From assembly GCF_009914755.1 (NCBI RefSeq), contig NC_060928.1: DNA of 64,000 nt; one strand, written 5' to 3'. This document shows positions 1-12,477 of this stretch, one piece after another. Source of the DNA: the human T2T-CHM13v2.0 reference genome, Homo sapiens. Position 1 is the stretch's first letter. Every line of letters starts with the position of its first letter. Below the pieces are notes generated by a model, which worked only from the letters and a program-made list of their open reading frames with translations, had not been told where the DNA came from and did not search any database. The position numbers and the translations under genes are program-made.

Positions 1-379
1 AATCTGTCAGCTTGATCCTAGGCTCCCCTGTCCCCTGTCCCCACCCCACCCTGAGCACAACTGGACTCAGAGTCAAAGCCAGAGCTGGGACAAGTGCAGC
101 TTGTGAAGGATTCCAGGCCCAGCAAGCGGTTATATTAAGCACCACTGAGGCTTAAGAAGCATTAGATAAGATGTGGCTGGTAAGAGTCAAGGCCTGGTTA
201 CAATTCCTCCTAAGATGTTTATATTTCCTTCTAAATTATGTAATTACATGAAATTTGCCAAATAATCAATTTACTTAAAATTGATTAATTGCAGTGCTAC
301 TTGTGGGTGACTGGTATGCCAGGATACTGTTACTGTGTAGCTAACTCTTCTATTTTATTTCAGTTTTGTTGTAAAGTAT

Positions 380-640
380 ACATTTATTTAATTTTTTTTC
401 ACTTTAAAGGTGATACATAATAATTTTCAAGGATGTGGAAATCACAGAATTGTATAAAGTAGACAAGAAAAATCACCTACAATCTCACAGCCCAGAGGCA
501 ATGACAGCTAATCATTCAGTCTATTTCCTTCCAGTCTTTTCTTTTTTCTCCTATGTGTAGATAGATGCATATATATATTTTTTCTTTCTAAATATATTTA
601 TTTATTATAGAGCTGGGATTGTACTGTTTTCTAACCCAAT
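380..640 (-). mobile_element. Ancient L1ME-type 3' end fragment (continues at about 1770-2035)
   Basis: Motifs such as aaaaatcacctacaatctcacagcccagagg...tatttccttccagtctttt resemble recalled L1ME4-like 3' ends; boundaries approximate. Confidence 0.5.
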
Positions 641-645
641 TTGAC

Positions 646-1026
646 CTCTCTCTCTCTCTATATATATATATATACATATAAATAAATATATATATAAATA
701 TATATAAATATATATATATATAAATATATATATAATATATAAATATATATATAAATAAATATATATATAAATATATATAAATATATATAAATATATATAT
801 AATATATAAATATATATATAAATAAATATATATATAAATATATATAAATATATATAAATATATATATAAATAAATATATATATAAATATATATAAATATA
901 TATATAAATAAATAAATATATAAATATATATAAATAAATATATATATATAAATATATATATAAATAAATATATATATAAATATATATATAAATAAATATA
1001 TATATAAATATATATATATATTTATA

Positions 1027-1057
<31 letters not shown>
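646..1057. repeat. (CT)n, then about 385 bp interrupted (TA)n/TAAA AT-rich repeat, then poly-T
   Basis: Directly visible; almost pure A/T from 659 to 1057. Confidence 0.97.
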
Positions 1058-1061
1058 GCAT

Positions 1062-1740
1062 TGCATCAGTTAGGGTCCTAGCAGGATACAAGTTTCCCTT
1101 TAATCTCCTGAGGCTAGATTAGACGACCAAAAGGAATGCTGAAATAAACCTGGAGTAGGCACACTATGAAGCTGTTCCCACCCTAATCCTGAAGAGTCAA
1201 GGGGAGGGAGAAGTTACTGGGACAGGAAGGAAGTAGGTAGGGAGGATGAGTGGAGGAGGGTGCTACCTGGCCAAATCGATGGCCTTGAGTAGAGAAGCCC
1301 AGGAATGAAACCCTGGGGTCTCAGATGGGGGTTGTATTTATGGGAAGAGGGTTTCACAGGCCCCCACCCCCAGCTCTGGATTTACCCTCCTCCTCCTCCA
1401 CCCCATTATTCTCCTCTCCTCCTACTTCCCCACTGTCTTCTCCTGCTCCTCCTCCTCCTCCTCTTCCTCTTCTGACTTTGAGGCCTCCTCCTCCCATCCT
1501 GGTGCCCCGCCTTGTCCTGGCTTCTCATTTTTGCCCCAGTTCTGCCCTGACCTTCTCTGTCTGAAATAATAATTCCCCAAAGTAGCCCCATGAAGAACCT
1601 TATACGACCATCCTGCCCTCCAGCTCCTCAGGGTGCACTTCCCATTGGACACACCCAGAAGGAGTTCAGAGGGCAGGGAGCCTGGGTGGCGCAGGATGAA
1701 TCTGGAAGGCAAAAGGAGAACGTCCATCATGCACATCATC
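1062..1740. mobile_element. Old ERVL/MaLR-type LTR interrupted by the 1313-1615 insertion
   Basis: Start tgcatcagttagggtcctagcagga and end cccattggacacacccagaagg...agagggcagggagcc...gaatctggaaggcaaaaggagaac resemble recalled old LTR consensus; family uncertain. Confidence 0.45.
1313..1615 (-). repeat. Left arm of about 300-bp inverted duplication
   Basis: Reverse complement aligns to 2331-2640; 1568-1600 is a 33-bp exact reverse complement of 2348-2380. Confidence 0.95.
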
Positions 1741-1769
1741 CAATATGCTTTAAGTACACCTTTAAAAAA

Positions 1770-2035
1770 GGCACCGCCTAGTATTCCTTTATAGAAAAGT
1801 ACCATAAATTATTTAACCCAGTCCTTGTGGAGTGTTTCTCATTTTTTTACCATTATAACTAGCGCTGCAATAAATATTCTTATACATACATTTTTGGCTG
1901 CATCTCTGATTATTTTCTCAGGATAAATTCTTAGGGGTGCCATTACTGGGTCAGGGGAATCTACATTTTTTAAGGCTTTTCTTATATATCACCAAATAGT
2001 TCTCCAGAATGTTATTATACCAATTTAAATGCCTG
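1770..2035 (-). mobile_element. Ancient L1ME fragment
   Basis: gctgcaataaatattctt...ggataaattcttagg...ttactgggtcag is typical of the L1M ORF2 end/3'UTR in antisense. Confidence 0.6.
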
Positions 2036-2330
2036 AAAGTAATATATATAGAGTCACCAATCATGTTCACCCAGAGAACTGGTGATGGCTGCCTGCAGTA
2101 AAGGAGAAGATGCTAGGGGAAGAAGCAGCCTGTCCTGGAGACCGTGGTGTGAAAGGTCACACCTCCCAGCTGTGAAAACTGACCTGTTTTAAGACTGAAA
2201 GAAGCTTCACAGTCAGTTCACTCCAAGGTCAGTGGAAGTGTCTGACAAAGGGAAATGAGGTGATGGCTGCTGGGTGGGAGTTTTGTTTCATTTGACCTCA
2301 CTTACCTAAGGCCAAATGTAACGTAAACAA

Positions 2331-2640
2331 CAGTGGATGGTCATATGAGGTTCTTCATGGGGCTACTTTGGGGAATTATTCCAGCAAGAGAAGGTCAGGG
2401 CAGGACTGGGGCACAAATGAGAAGCCAGGACAAGTTGGGTCACCAGGATGAGAGAAAGATGCCTCGAAGTCAGAAGAGGAAGAGGAGGAGGAGGAGGAGG
2501 CAGAGGAGAAGGGGAAGAGAGTGGGGAAGGAGGAGGAGAGGAGAGTGATGGAGGGATAAGGAGGAGGGTAAATCCAGAGCTGGGGTTGGAGGCCCATGGA
2601 ACCCCCTTCCCATAAACACAGCCCCCATCTGAGACCCTAG
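2331..2640 (+). repeat. Right arm of about 300-bp inverted duplication, with GGA-rich core
   Basis: Aligns with the reverse complement of 1313-1615. Confidence 0.95.
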
Positions 2641-3009
2641 TCTCCAACTTCCACAGGCAGGGATGAGGGGAGGCGACAGTGGGGCAGGGGACAGGGATTC
2701 CCCATTGAGGAAGCTCCATACTGGATACTATTTCCTCTCCTTCAGGGGAATAAACAAGTGCCTAAGGGGCCAGAGACCACCCTTGACTTTGCCTGTGAAT
2801 CAAGAAAAGGGATTGGAAGTTCTAGGGCCCCAGGAGATAAGCTAAGGCATAACAGTATTGTGAATGAGACTGCCTATATTTGTTCCTTAGCAGATAAATA
2901 ACATGAATATTTGATCAGTGCTTTATCAATTCAATACAAAGAAGTAACAGGCCAAGTCCAAATGAGCATAGATATATATATAGATTTACAGTTTATTATT
3001 GATTGGTAA

Positions 3010-3190
3010 GAACAGTAATAATAACAGCCAACCTCTAGAACATAAAGGCCTGTGCCCTTGGTGCTAAGACCTTTACAAACATGAAATAATATAACCCCTC
3101 CTGACAACTGCATGAGGATCATATTGAGTTTCAGGGGACAACTAAGGTAACCTATCCTGTCTCACCCAGGTCCCATGTCTGAAACCTACT
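3010..3190 (-). mobile_element. MIR SINE fragment
   Basis: aataataacagccaac...gtgctaagacctttaca...cctgacaactgcatgagg resembles antisense MIR. Confidence 0.5.
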
Positions 3191-3610
3191 CCTGACGAGT
3201 TCCTTCCCATCCTATGCCCCACTGTAGGCAAATCGGGAAGAACTGCAAATGAAGTGTGAAGAACTGTACCCTGCGTGCCAGGCAGATATTCATTCATGAA
3301 CAGATATTTACATGACAGAAAGTGTCCTAGGCCTGGTGGATGTGAAGAAAACAGACAGAGTCCCTGCTCTCAGGAAGCTGTGCCAGCAGGAGAGACAGAG
3401 AGGTGACACTTTTTTTTTTGCCTTGGCATCTTTTCACTTGGGGCTCCCTTTGCCTGGAAAGCTCTTCTGAGTACCCGACTTGGCTGCTCTGTCACTCCAC
3501 TCAGGCCTCTGCTCACCTCCCCCTTCTCTGACCACCCCATCTAAAATACTGCCCACTCGATCTCTACTCCTTCATTGTACTTTATTTTTCTCTTGTCACC
3601 ACCTGACATA

Positions 3611-3649
3611 TGTGTGTGTGTGTGTGAGTGTGTGTGTGTGTGTGTGTGT
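3611..3649. repeat. (TG)n microsatellite within an L2-like region (about 3290-3690)
   Basis: Directly visible. Confidence 0.9.
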
Positions 3650-3801
3650 ATTTATGTATAGACATTTATTTATTCTCTGTCTCTCTCACTGGAGGATTGA
3701 CATTCTGGGTCGCTTGCAGGAGGGTAACTTTCATACAGTGTGTGTGTCTTGGGTCCAGTTGAACCTATTGCTCATGCCTTATAGCACATCCCTTCGCTGT
3801 T

Positions 3802-4290
3802 CTACATTGTCAAGGTTCTTGGCAGCAAGCAACAGAAACCCAGTCTGACTAACTTGGATGAAAGGAAAATTCACTGCAAGGCATAAAGGCTGGAAGGCCA
3901 GGCCAGGCCCAGGAAATACACAGAAAGCAAAGGAGGCCAGGGAGCTGGAACCAGAGCCCAGTTCACTACGGGAGAAAGTAATTAGAATACTGGAGTGAGA
4001 TGTCACCATGCTGGACACTTGATGCTGCACCTCTAGACTTTCAATAACTGCCAATAATTTATAAACCACATCTGACTCTTTCTGCCTCTCCTGCAAGATT
4101 CAGGGTCCCATGTGGTTGACTGATCCTGAGTCACATTCTCACCTCCTGCTTCCCCCACCCCAGCTTTGGCTTCCACAGCAGGAGGTGGTACATTGGGACC
4201 CTCTCAGATAATACACAGTGGAGAACGCCTCCTGATTGAAAGAGGGATTGGATGCTGAAAGGCCAAAACTCTCCATAAATAGCTACAGGA
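3802..4290 (-). mobile_element. Old MLT1-type MaLR LTR
   Basis: caaggttcttggcagcaagcaacagaaacccagtctgactaactt is the characteristic antisense MLT1 terminus. Confidence 0.55.
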
Positions 4291-5449
4291 TCTGTCAGTA
4301 GGAAGTGGCCTCATTCCCAAAAGAGTGATGGAGACTCGGTAACCTTTCTTGGTAACAGGTAACTCATCCACAGGCCCCAAACCTGGACTCTGAAAGTTCC
4401 TCTTTCTGGCTGGAGCTGGTCAAAGCCATGCACAGGCAGAACTCGCCAGCATCTTGGAGGCTCAGCTGTCAGGTGATGGAGAACAGCTGGGGTGGTGGGT
4501 CGTCAGGGTCACCTGTGAGAAGCTAGGGAGAGGAGAGAGTTTCCATGGGAGGCAGTTGAGTCCCTGTTCTCCCTAAACCAGGATAATCAACTGCCTTCCT
4601 AGGGCATTGTCACATCACTTATGGGATTTGTTTTCTCTTTGGCAGGCTTTCCTGAGGAAAGAGCAATTAACCTCAAGTCTGTCTTCAAAAGGTTAGAATC
4701 TTTTTTCTCCTGAGAAACAGAAAAGAGACGTTGGAAGCTGACATGCCTCTTTGTTTATTCTTCGTGCAACTCCTACCAAGATCCTGGAAAAGCAGTAATT
4801 CCTTCACAGTCACCCCTTTAGGGTGGTCCCTAAAACCAGATGCAGAACATTTTAGAAAACTCCAAGTCAGTGCTCATTCCTTGGGGCAACCTGCTCTGGG
4901 CCTTGTTGAAGGAGAGGTCTGGTTTGTGACATTAACAAGTACATGCTGACAACAAATACAACCACTTCCTCACCTGCTACCATGAGGAAACCAACATACC
5001 AGGGTTGCTGGCTTGGAGGGAAACTTACAAACACCCACGAGAGATGGTGGCTTTTGGCCCCTCACAGCCTCCGTAGTCTCCTGGATTTCCCTGGCAGAAG
5101 GCCCTCAAACTATGCACAAATGAGGGGCATTGTGCATCCGTCCTATTTTTAAAAACTCTCCAGGAAATACACTTGCTGCCTACACTTCCTCACCACCCAC
5201 TCGCTCTTCGGGGCTTCTAATCCGGCTTCCGCCCCACCTCGCTCCTGATGGAGCCCCAGGAAGGACTCCAAGGACCTCCTCCTCAGCCACAAATCCTGCA
5301 GCCTTGCCCCAGTCCCTCATCCTCAGCCGGTTCAGCATTCCACAGGAAATCTCCCCTCTCTGGGTTTCCGTGGCAGGAAACTCCCGTTGTTTTCTCTTTT
5401 TAATGTGTGTGCCTACCCAGGGATCTGAGCTTAGCACCCCTCCCTCTGT

Positions 5450-6455
5450 GCTGCCTCCTTCATTATCTCACCTACCCTGGGCCTCACCTGACACCTCCAT
5501 GCAGATGGTCCTCACTTCCAGCCTCTCTTGTCAGCACCAACTCTGAGCTCCAACCCCTGTCGGGCATCAGGTCTCGGGTGCCTCTTCTGAATGTCTAAAT
5601 ATCCCAAACGGAATGGGTCATTTTCTGCTCCAGTTCTGTTCTCCCTTTATATCCTCCTCTCCCAAGAGCCCGCCACCCTCCAGTGTTCACTCTCCAAATC
5701 TTAGCGTCATCTCTGGCTTACCCAATGGCCTTACCCCCAAGATCCAACCAATTGCAAGTTCTCTCTTTACCACATCTCTCCGATATCACCATCTTTGTAT
5801 TCCCATCAAGTGCTTATATTCTACTCTTTTTCAGACCATTGCAGTAACCTCCTAACGGATCCATCTCTACTCTGTCCTCCTCCCACACCCCTTTCCCCAC
5901 AATCTATATTCTGTGCTTCTTTGAGGACACTCTTCAAGTTCCATCAGGAAGGCACTATTTTGTCTCCCTGCCCTAAAACCTGCAATGGTTCCCACTGCTG
6001 ATAATAAGTCCTAAGCCTGGCTTTACACCCATCATAATTCAAGGCTCTCCCAGTCCACTTTCCATCACCTTCCCTCTAGGTACACATTTCTGCAGTTTAC
6101 CTCAAATTCCCACTCATCTTGAAACACTCTGTCTTCCCATCTCCAGGCTTTTACTCAAGCTGGACCTTTCTCAGGTAATGCCTTTCTTTTTATTTACGTC
6201 TACCAAAATCTTACCTTTCCCTTTAGGGTCATCTCAAATGCCACTTCTTCCAGGATGCCTCCCAGAGTTTCCCCAGCCAGGAGTGCTTTCCATTCCGTGC
6301 TCCCTGGCTTCACTCAGTTTATCCCTGCACACTCATCACACTGAATCTCATGTTGCAGTATTTGAGTATGTGCCTCATTGCCCTGCCTCTGGGTCAGGGA
6401 TGTTGTCCTACTAAAGGAGTCATTTGCTCACGGTTGATACTTGCTGAATTAAGTC
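5450..6455 (+). mobile_element. L2 LINE 3' portion
   Basis: L2 motifs ttgcagtaacctcctaac, taaaacctgcaatggttcccactgc, tcaaatgccacttcttccaggatgcctccc; ends gatacttgctgaatt. Confidence 0.7.
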
Positions 6456-9204
6456 ATCAGGTTAGATAACCATACACTTGTTTACCTTTCACTGTTTGAA
6501 AAAATACACATCCAAAATATATAATCACAGGGACTAAATCAAAGTAAAGAATATGGAAATATGTTCTGTTCACATCCATGGGTGAAGATCAGAATGTAGA
6601 TCAAAACCCAGTTCTTGAGTGACTTGGACCGTTGCTGGATAGATTTTAACTAATCTTATGGAAAATATTCAAGGGACTTAATGAGCCTAGCTAGGAAAGG
6701 AGGAGGGCAAGCGAGAGGGAGCCAGAGCGGCTGCTGTCAAGAAACACTTTCTTCCTGTAACCGTATCCCCCGGGACCGGGCCAGTACCTTTGCTTAATCT
6801 CCCTCTCTGTGGTCACTCAGGATATGATTACTGGCATCAGATGCAAGCACATGTTTCTGTTCCATTAATCTGAGTGAGGCTGAGAAAATGAAAAGGGAGT
6901 CACAAGGGCATTGCTGTGTTGGTCTGTTACCACCTCAAAGAGGAGCAAGAGAGAAGGGGGAGGAAGGATCTGGCACATGGGCCAGGAGGGGGGCCGTAAG
7001 GGAGCAAAGGGAGATGAGAAAACCATACAAAGAAGAAGTTCCTGTAGCATGGAGGCTGATTCCTTTCAGCTGTTACAAGATGGGGCATGGAGGAGGGATG
7101 TACACACACACATAGACACACACAGACGCACACAGGGGCCCCCACAAAGCAACCTATAGACTCAGAGCCTCTCCACCATAGGGCTTTTGCAATCAGCCTG
7201 ATAACCCTTGTGAGTGTTGTTGCTCAGGGTGTACAGAAACCCACATAACATAAATCTGTCTTACACACAGTAACAGCCTTAATGGGAGGCTGCGGCACAG
7301 TAATGAAGATGTGAACAGCTAAAACACAATGTCAGATGGCAGTGGTGACATCTGAAAGCCATAATTTGCAGCTCGGCATATTTTTGTTCCAGGTACCAGA
7401 GCCTGCACAAATACTCGCTGACTTGTCTCTCTCAAGCAGCATCTCTGCTGGGCTTGGCCAGGGGCCAGGTGGTCTTTGCCTTGCCAACAGGTTTCTGCTA
7501 TAGAGAGCCCAGGAAGTCTTTCCTCTCTATCATCCGATGGAGCCGAAATGGAGCAACAGAATAGGTATAAACACATATCTTGTTCCTGAAGTTCGGGCCA
7601 CTTAAATAACCCATTTCCCTTTTGTCCAATCAAAGTGTCCTGGCTGAATATCTTGAGGGGTGGCCAAATGAATCAAAATAATTTTAGCTAAGCCAGAGCT
7701 TGGGGGCTTCTGGAAAGGAAAGGTGAGACATTATGGAGCACAGAGGCACCAGATTCTGTTTTTCAGCTGTGACTCTCCCTTCTTTTCAATCCCTCCTTCT
7801 CATTGCTACCTTCCCAGAACCTCAGCACTGCAGACAAGCAATTTCTTCAAGTACAGACCTTCAAATTAAAGGTTACATTTCCAGTTCTAGCTAGCTACCT
7901 GGCAGTTAAATGGCATCAATGCATGAGTTAAGGTTTATAAATGCAAGGGAAGAGGGGCTCCACTGAGGAAGCAGTGTTATGTTTAGCCCCAAGGAACTGA
8001 GGAATTCAAAGTCTAGGCAGAGTGGCCTTTTCCAGCGCCTTAATCCTCCCTGCTGGGTCTCCACTCAGCAGCCCGTATACATCTGTTGACCTGCTGCTCT
8101 GGACTGCCTTCCTGCCAGGCTCTGTGCAGTGGGCGGAGAGGATAAAGTGACTGTTAACAGCAGGAGTCTTAACTCCTGGCCTGGGTCCCTAAAAGCACAG
8201 GCTGCAAAACAGTTTAAGCTGCCACCAAGACACCCCGCCCCCACTGTGGTGGCTCCGGACCCTTTCACTTGCACAGAGGTTTGCTTCAAGGAACTTTGAG
8301 GGTCAACTGGAGCTTCACTCTGAAGTTGGGGGGCTGGCGAGGGCTGCAGCACCTACCACAAGCGCCTTAACGTGCGCATGGGGAGGCTGCTATGAATCCC
8401 CCCTTACAAAGGCTCAGCCGCATGACATCAGGAGAATCTCTGGGAACAGGTGTGGCGGGAGCTCAGCACCCACAGGGCATCAGTCTGAAGGCAGCCTGCA
8501 GGCAGGAGTGAGAGAAACAGGGTCACACAGCAGAAACTGGCCCCACCCCTGAGAAGCTGTCCAGCACCTGCTTTGCAGAGATGGGTCTGACCTGAGTTCT
8601 TGGGATCCCAAACATTTTCCCACCCAGAAGACAGCACACGGTCTTATGAGCAGTGAACATCAGGTCACTTGGGGAACTGGGGGACTAATTTATTTTCAGT
8701 TTTTACTATAAACATTTTAGATTTTTGCTCAGATTGACATTTTATTGGGATATGATTTATATACAGTGAAATTCACCGTTTCTCTCAGTTTAAACAAATA
8801 TAGATGTTCATGTAACTCTCCCTACAATCAAGATGTAAAACATTTCCATCTTTCCAAAAAGTTCCCTCGTGCCTCTTCATCATCAAGTTTGACCCCCTCA
8901 GCCCCATTCCCTGGCAGCCACTGATCTGATTTCTGTCTCTATAATTTTGCCTTTTCTAGAATGTTATATAAATAGAATAATACAGTATGTAGCCTTTCAA
9001 ATAGGGCTTCTTTCACTTAGCATGATTCATTGTGGATATATACATGTTGCGCATAGCCATAGCATGTTCCTTTTTTATTGCCGAATGGTATTACAACGTA
9101 TGAATGTACCATACTTTATTTATCATTAACTAGTTGAAGGACATTTGGGACATTTGCATTTTTGTGATTATGAATAAAGTTGCTGTAAACATTCAAACAC
9201 ATGT

Positions 9205-9639
9205 TGCTATGATCTGAATTTTCATCCCCTCCGAAACTCATGTTGAAATTTAATTCCCAGTGTGGCAGGATTGGGAGGTGGAGACTGTGAGAGGTGATTA
9301 AGTCATGAGGGCTCTGCCCTCTGGAATGGATTAGTCCATTCATTTATTAATGGATTAAAGGGTTATCATGGGAGTGAGACTGGTGGCTTTATAAGAAGAG
9401 AGAAAGTGACCTGAACTACCACGTTAAGCCCCCTGGCCATGTGATGCCCTGTGTCACCTCGGGACTCTACGGAGAGTCCCCACCGGCAAGAAGGCCCTCA
9501 CCAGATGTGGCCCCTCAGTCTTGGACCACAAGTTGGCCCCTCAACTTAGCCTCTAGAACTGTAAGAAATAAATTTTCTTTTTTAGTAAATTACCCAGTCC
9601 CAGTTATTCCAGTACAGCAACAGAAAAGAAACTAAGAGA
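9205..9639 (+). mobile_element. MSTD-like MaLR solo LTR
   Basis: Begins tgctatgatctgaat, contains gagagtccccaccggcaagaaggccctcaccagatg, ends aaattacccagtc...actaagaga. Confidence 0.85.
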
Positions 9640-10042
9640 CAGATTTTTGTGTGACCATAGGTTTTCATTTCTCTTTGGCAGATACCCAAGAGTGAGATTG
9701 TTTGGTTGTCTAGTAAGTGTATGTTTAATGTTGTAAGAAACTGCCAAACTGTTTTCCAAAATAGCTGTACATCTTATTCCTAGCAGCGGTGTATTATAAT
9801 TCCAGTTGTTCCACATCCACTTGGTATTGTGAGATTTTCTTTTCTTTTAACTATTCTACTAGGTGTGTAGTTGTATTTTATCGTTGCTTTAGTTTGCATT
9901 TCCATATGATGAAAGATATTGAACACCTTTTCACTTGCTTATTTGCCATTCATATAGCTTCTTTGATGATATATTTGTTAAAATTTTTGGCCATTTTTTA
10001 TGTAGTTGTTTTCTTAATTCTGAGTTTCGAGAGTTCTGTATA

Positions 10043-10282
10043 CAGTCTCAGTATCTACAGGGGAGTGGTTCCAGAGCCCCCGTTTATAACCAAATGAGAG
10101 TATACTCAGGTCCTGCAGTCTGCCCTGGGGAACTTGCCTGAAGGAAAAGTTTGCCCTCCATATTCATAGTTTTTGTATCCCATGAATACTGTGAATACTG
10201 TATTTTCAGCATTTGATTGAAAAAAAATCTGCGTATAGGTGGATTCGCACAATTCAAACCCATATTGTTCAAGGGTTAACTG
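10043..10282 (+). mobile_element. MER8 (Tigger-family non-autonomous DNA transposon)
   Basis: cag...ctg termini, TA target duplication at 10041-42 and 10283-84, end ttcaaacccatattgttcaagggttaactg. Confidence 0.85.
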
Positions 10283-12477
10283 TATTCTGCATATAAGCCA
10301 TTTATTATTGTCAGAGATGGACTTTGCAAATATTTTCTCCCAGTCTGTGTTTTTTTTTTTTAATTTTCTTAACGCTGTCTTCTAAAGAGCAGAAGTTTTT
10401 AATTTTGGTGAAGCCCAAGTGGTCAATTAGATTGTGGTTTTTGGTTTTATATCTAAGAACTCATTGCTTAACTCAGGGTAACAAAATTTTTCTCTTACAT
10501 GTTTTATAGAAGTATGAATTCATGTTCTTGTTTCTTTGTTTTTGGCATATCGATATCCAATTCTTCCAGCATCATTCTTTGAAAGTCTATCCTTTCTCCA
10601 TTGAATTGCCTTTGAACTTATGTCCAAAATCAATGAATGGTATATGTGTGGTTATATTTGTGGACTCTCTACTCTGATCAGTTGATTTAGATGTTTATCT
10701 TTTCACCATTATAAGATTATCTTGATTATTGTGCTTTATAATAAACCTTGAAGTAAGGTAACATGGGTCTCCCAAATTTATTTGTTTTTAACTTTGGCTA
10801 TGCTAGTTTCTATATATATTTTAGAATTGCCTTATTGATTTCTACAAAAAATCTTGCTGAAAATTTTTGGGTCGATTGAATCAATAGATTGGTTTGGGGA
10901 TAATTGACATCTTAAAAATATAAGCTTCCATAAACATAGTATATATCTCCATTTATTCAGATCTTTGATTTCTTCCATCCAAGTTTTGTAGTGTTCAGAA
11001 TACAGATCTTGCACATTTAAAAAATATTTCAACCTAAGTATTTAATATTTTTAGATGCTATTGTAAATGATACCTCCCTTGAAATGACATTTTTTAACTG
11101 AAAAACGTTTGTTGCTAGTATATAGAAATATAATTGCTTTGATATACTGATTTTTATATCCTGTATCCTTGCTAACCTCATTTACTAATTCTAGTCGCTT
11201 TTAAAAATAGATTCTTTAGAATTTCCTGTATAGATTATTATGATGTCTGCAAAATGGAGACAGTTTTTTTTCTTTCTAAACTGTATACCTTTTATTTCTT
11301 TTTCTTGTCTTATTTCACTGTCTAGGACTTCAAAGACAATTTTGAATGCAAGTGGTGAGAATAGATATCCTTACCTTGCTTTCCGTTTTAGGGGAAATTA
11401 TTCAGTCACCCACTGCTAAATATGATGTTAGATGTAGGGTTTTTGTGGATTCCCTTTATCAGATTGAGAGTGGTCCTTTCTATTTCTAGCTTGCTGAGAG
11501 TTTTGTTTGTTTTTGTTTTATTATGAATGGACTTTAAATTTAAACAGATGAGATGCCCTCATTTTTCTTCTGTAGTCTGTATATATGGTAAATTACACTG
11601 ACTGATTTTTAAAATGTTAAACTGGTCTTGCATTCCCAGGATAAGATCCTAATGTATTGTCCTTTTTATGTATTGCTGGGTTCATTTTTTTAAATATTCA
11701 GTTGATGAATTTTGCATTTATGTTCATGAGGAATATTGGTTTGTAATTTTCTTGTCATGCAATATCTCTGGTTTTGGTATCAGCATAATGCTGGTATAAA
11801 ATGAGTTGGGAAGCATTTGTTCTTTTTCCATATTCTGAAAAAGTTGCTGTAGAATTGGTATTATTTTTTCCTAAATCTTCTCAGTGATGCCATCTTGGCC
11901 TTGAATTTTCCTTATAGAAAGGTTTTTACCTAAAAATTAAATTTTTTAAATAAGATATAAACGATTAAGATTATCTATGGCTTCTTGAATATACCTTTTA
12001 AGAAACTAGTCTTATAACCCAACTGGTTGAATTTATGGACATAAAGTTGTTCATAATATTCTCTCTTAACCTTTTAAAGTCTGTATGATTTATAGCAATG
12101 TTCCCTTTTTCATTCCTTATGCTGGTATTTGAGTCTTCACTCTTCTTTTTTTTCTTGATCTGGATAAAGGCTTATCACATTTATTTATTTTTAAGGAAAC
12201 TGCTCTTTGTTTTGTTGCCTATCTGTATTGTTTTTCTGTTTTCAGCGTTATTGCTTTCTGCTCCTATTTTTATTTTCTGCTGTCTGCTTATGTTAGGTTT
12301 AGTTTGTTCTTTGTTATACTTTCTTAAGATAAAAGCTGAGATTATCGATTTGAGATCTTTCTTGTTTCTAATTAGGTGTATATTGCTATACATTTCCTTC
12401 TAAGCACTGTTTTCATTACACCTCACAACTTTTCATATACTGTTTGCATTCCATTAAAACTTTTTTCCTTAAAAAAA

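Noticed and set aside
588-1091. 167-aa Ile/Tyr-rich ORF
   Set aside because: Translation of the TA repeat
2333-2548. Arg-rich protamine-like ORF and its mirror at 1406-1591
   Set aside because: Arg runs come from the GGA core; similarity reflects the DNA duplication, with no promoter or splice evidence
1313-2640. DNA transposon with 300-bp terminal inverted repeats
   Set aside because: No TSD seen, and the spacer contains pieces continuous with older elements outside the left arm
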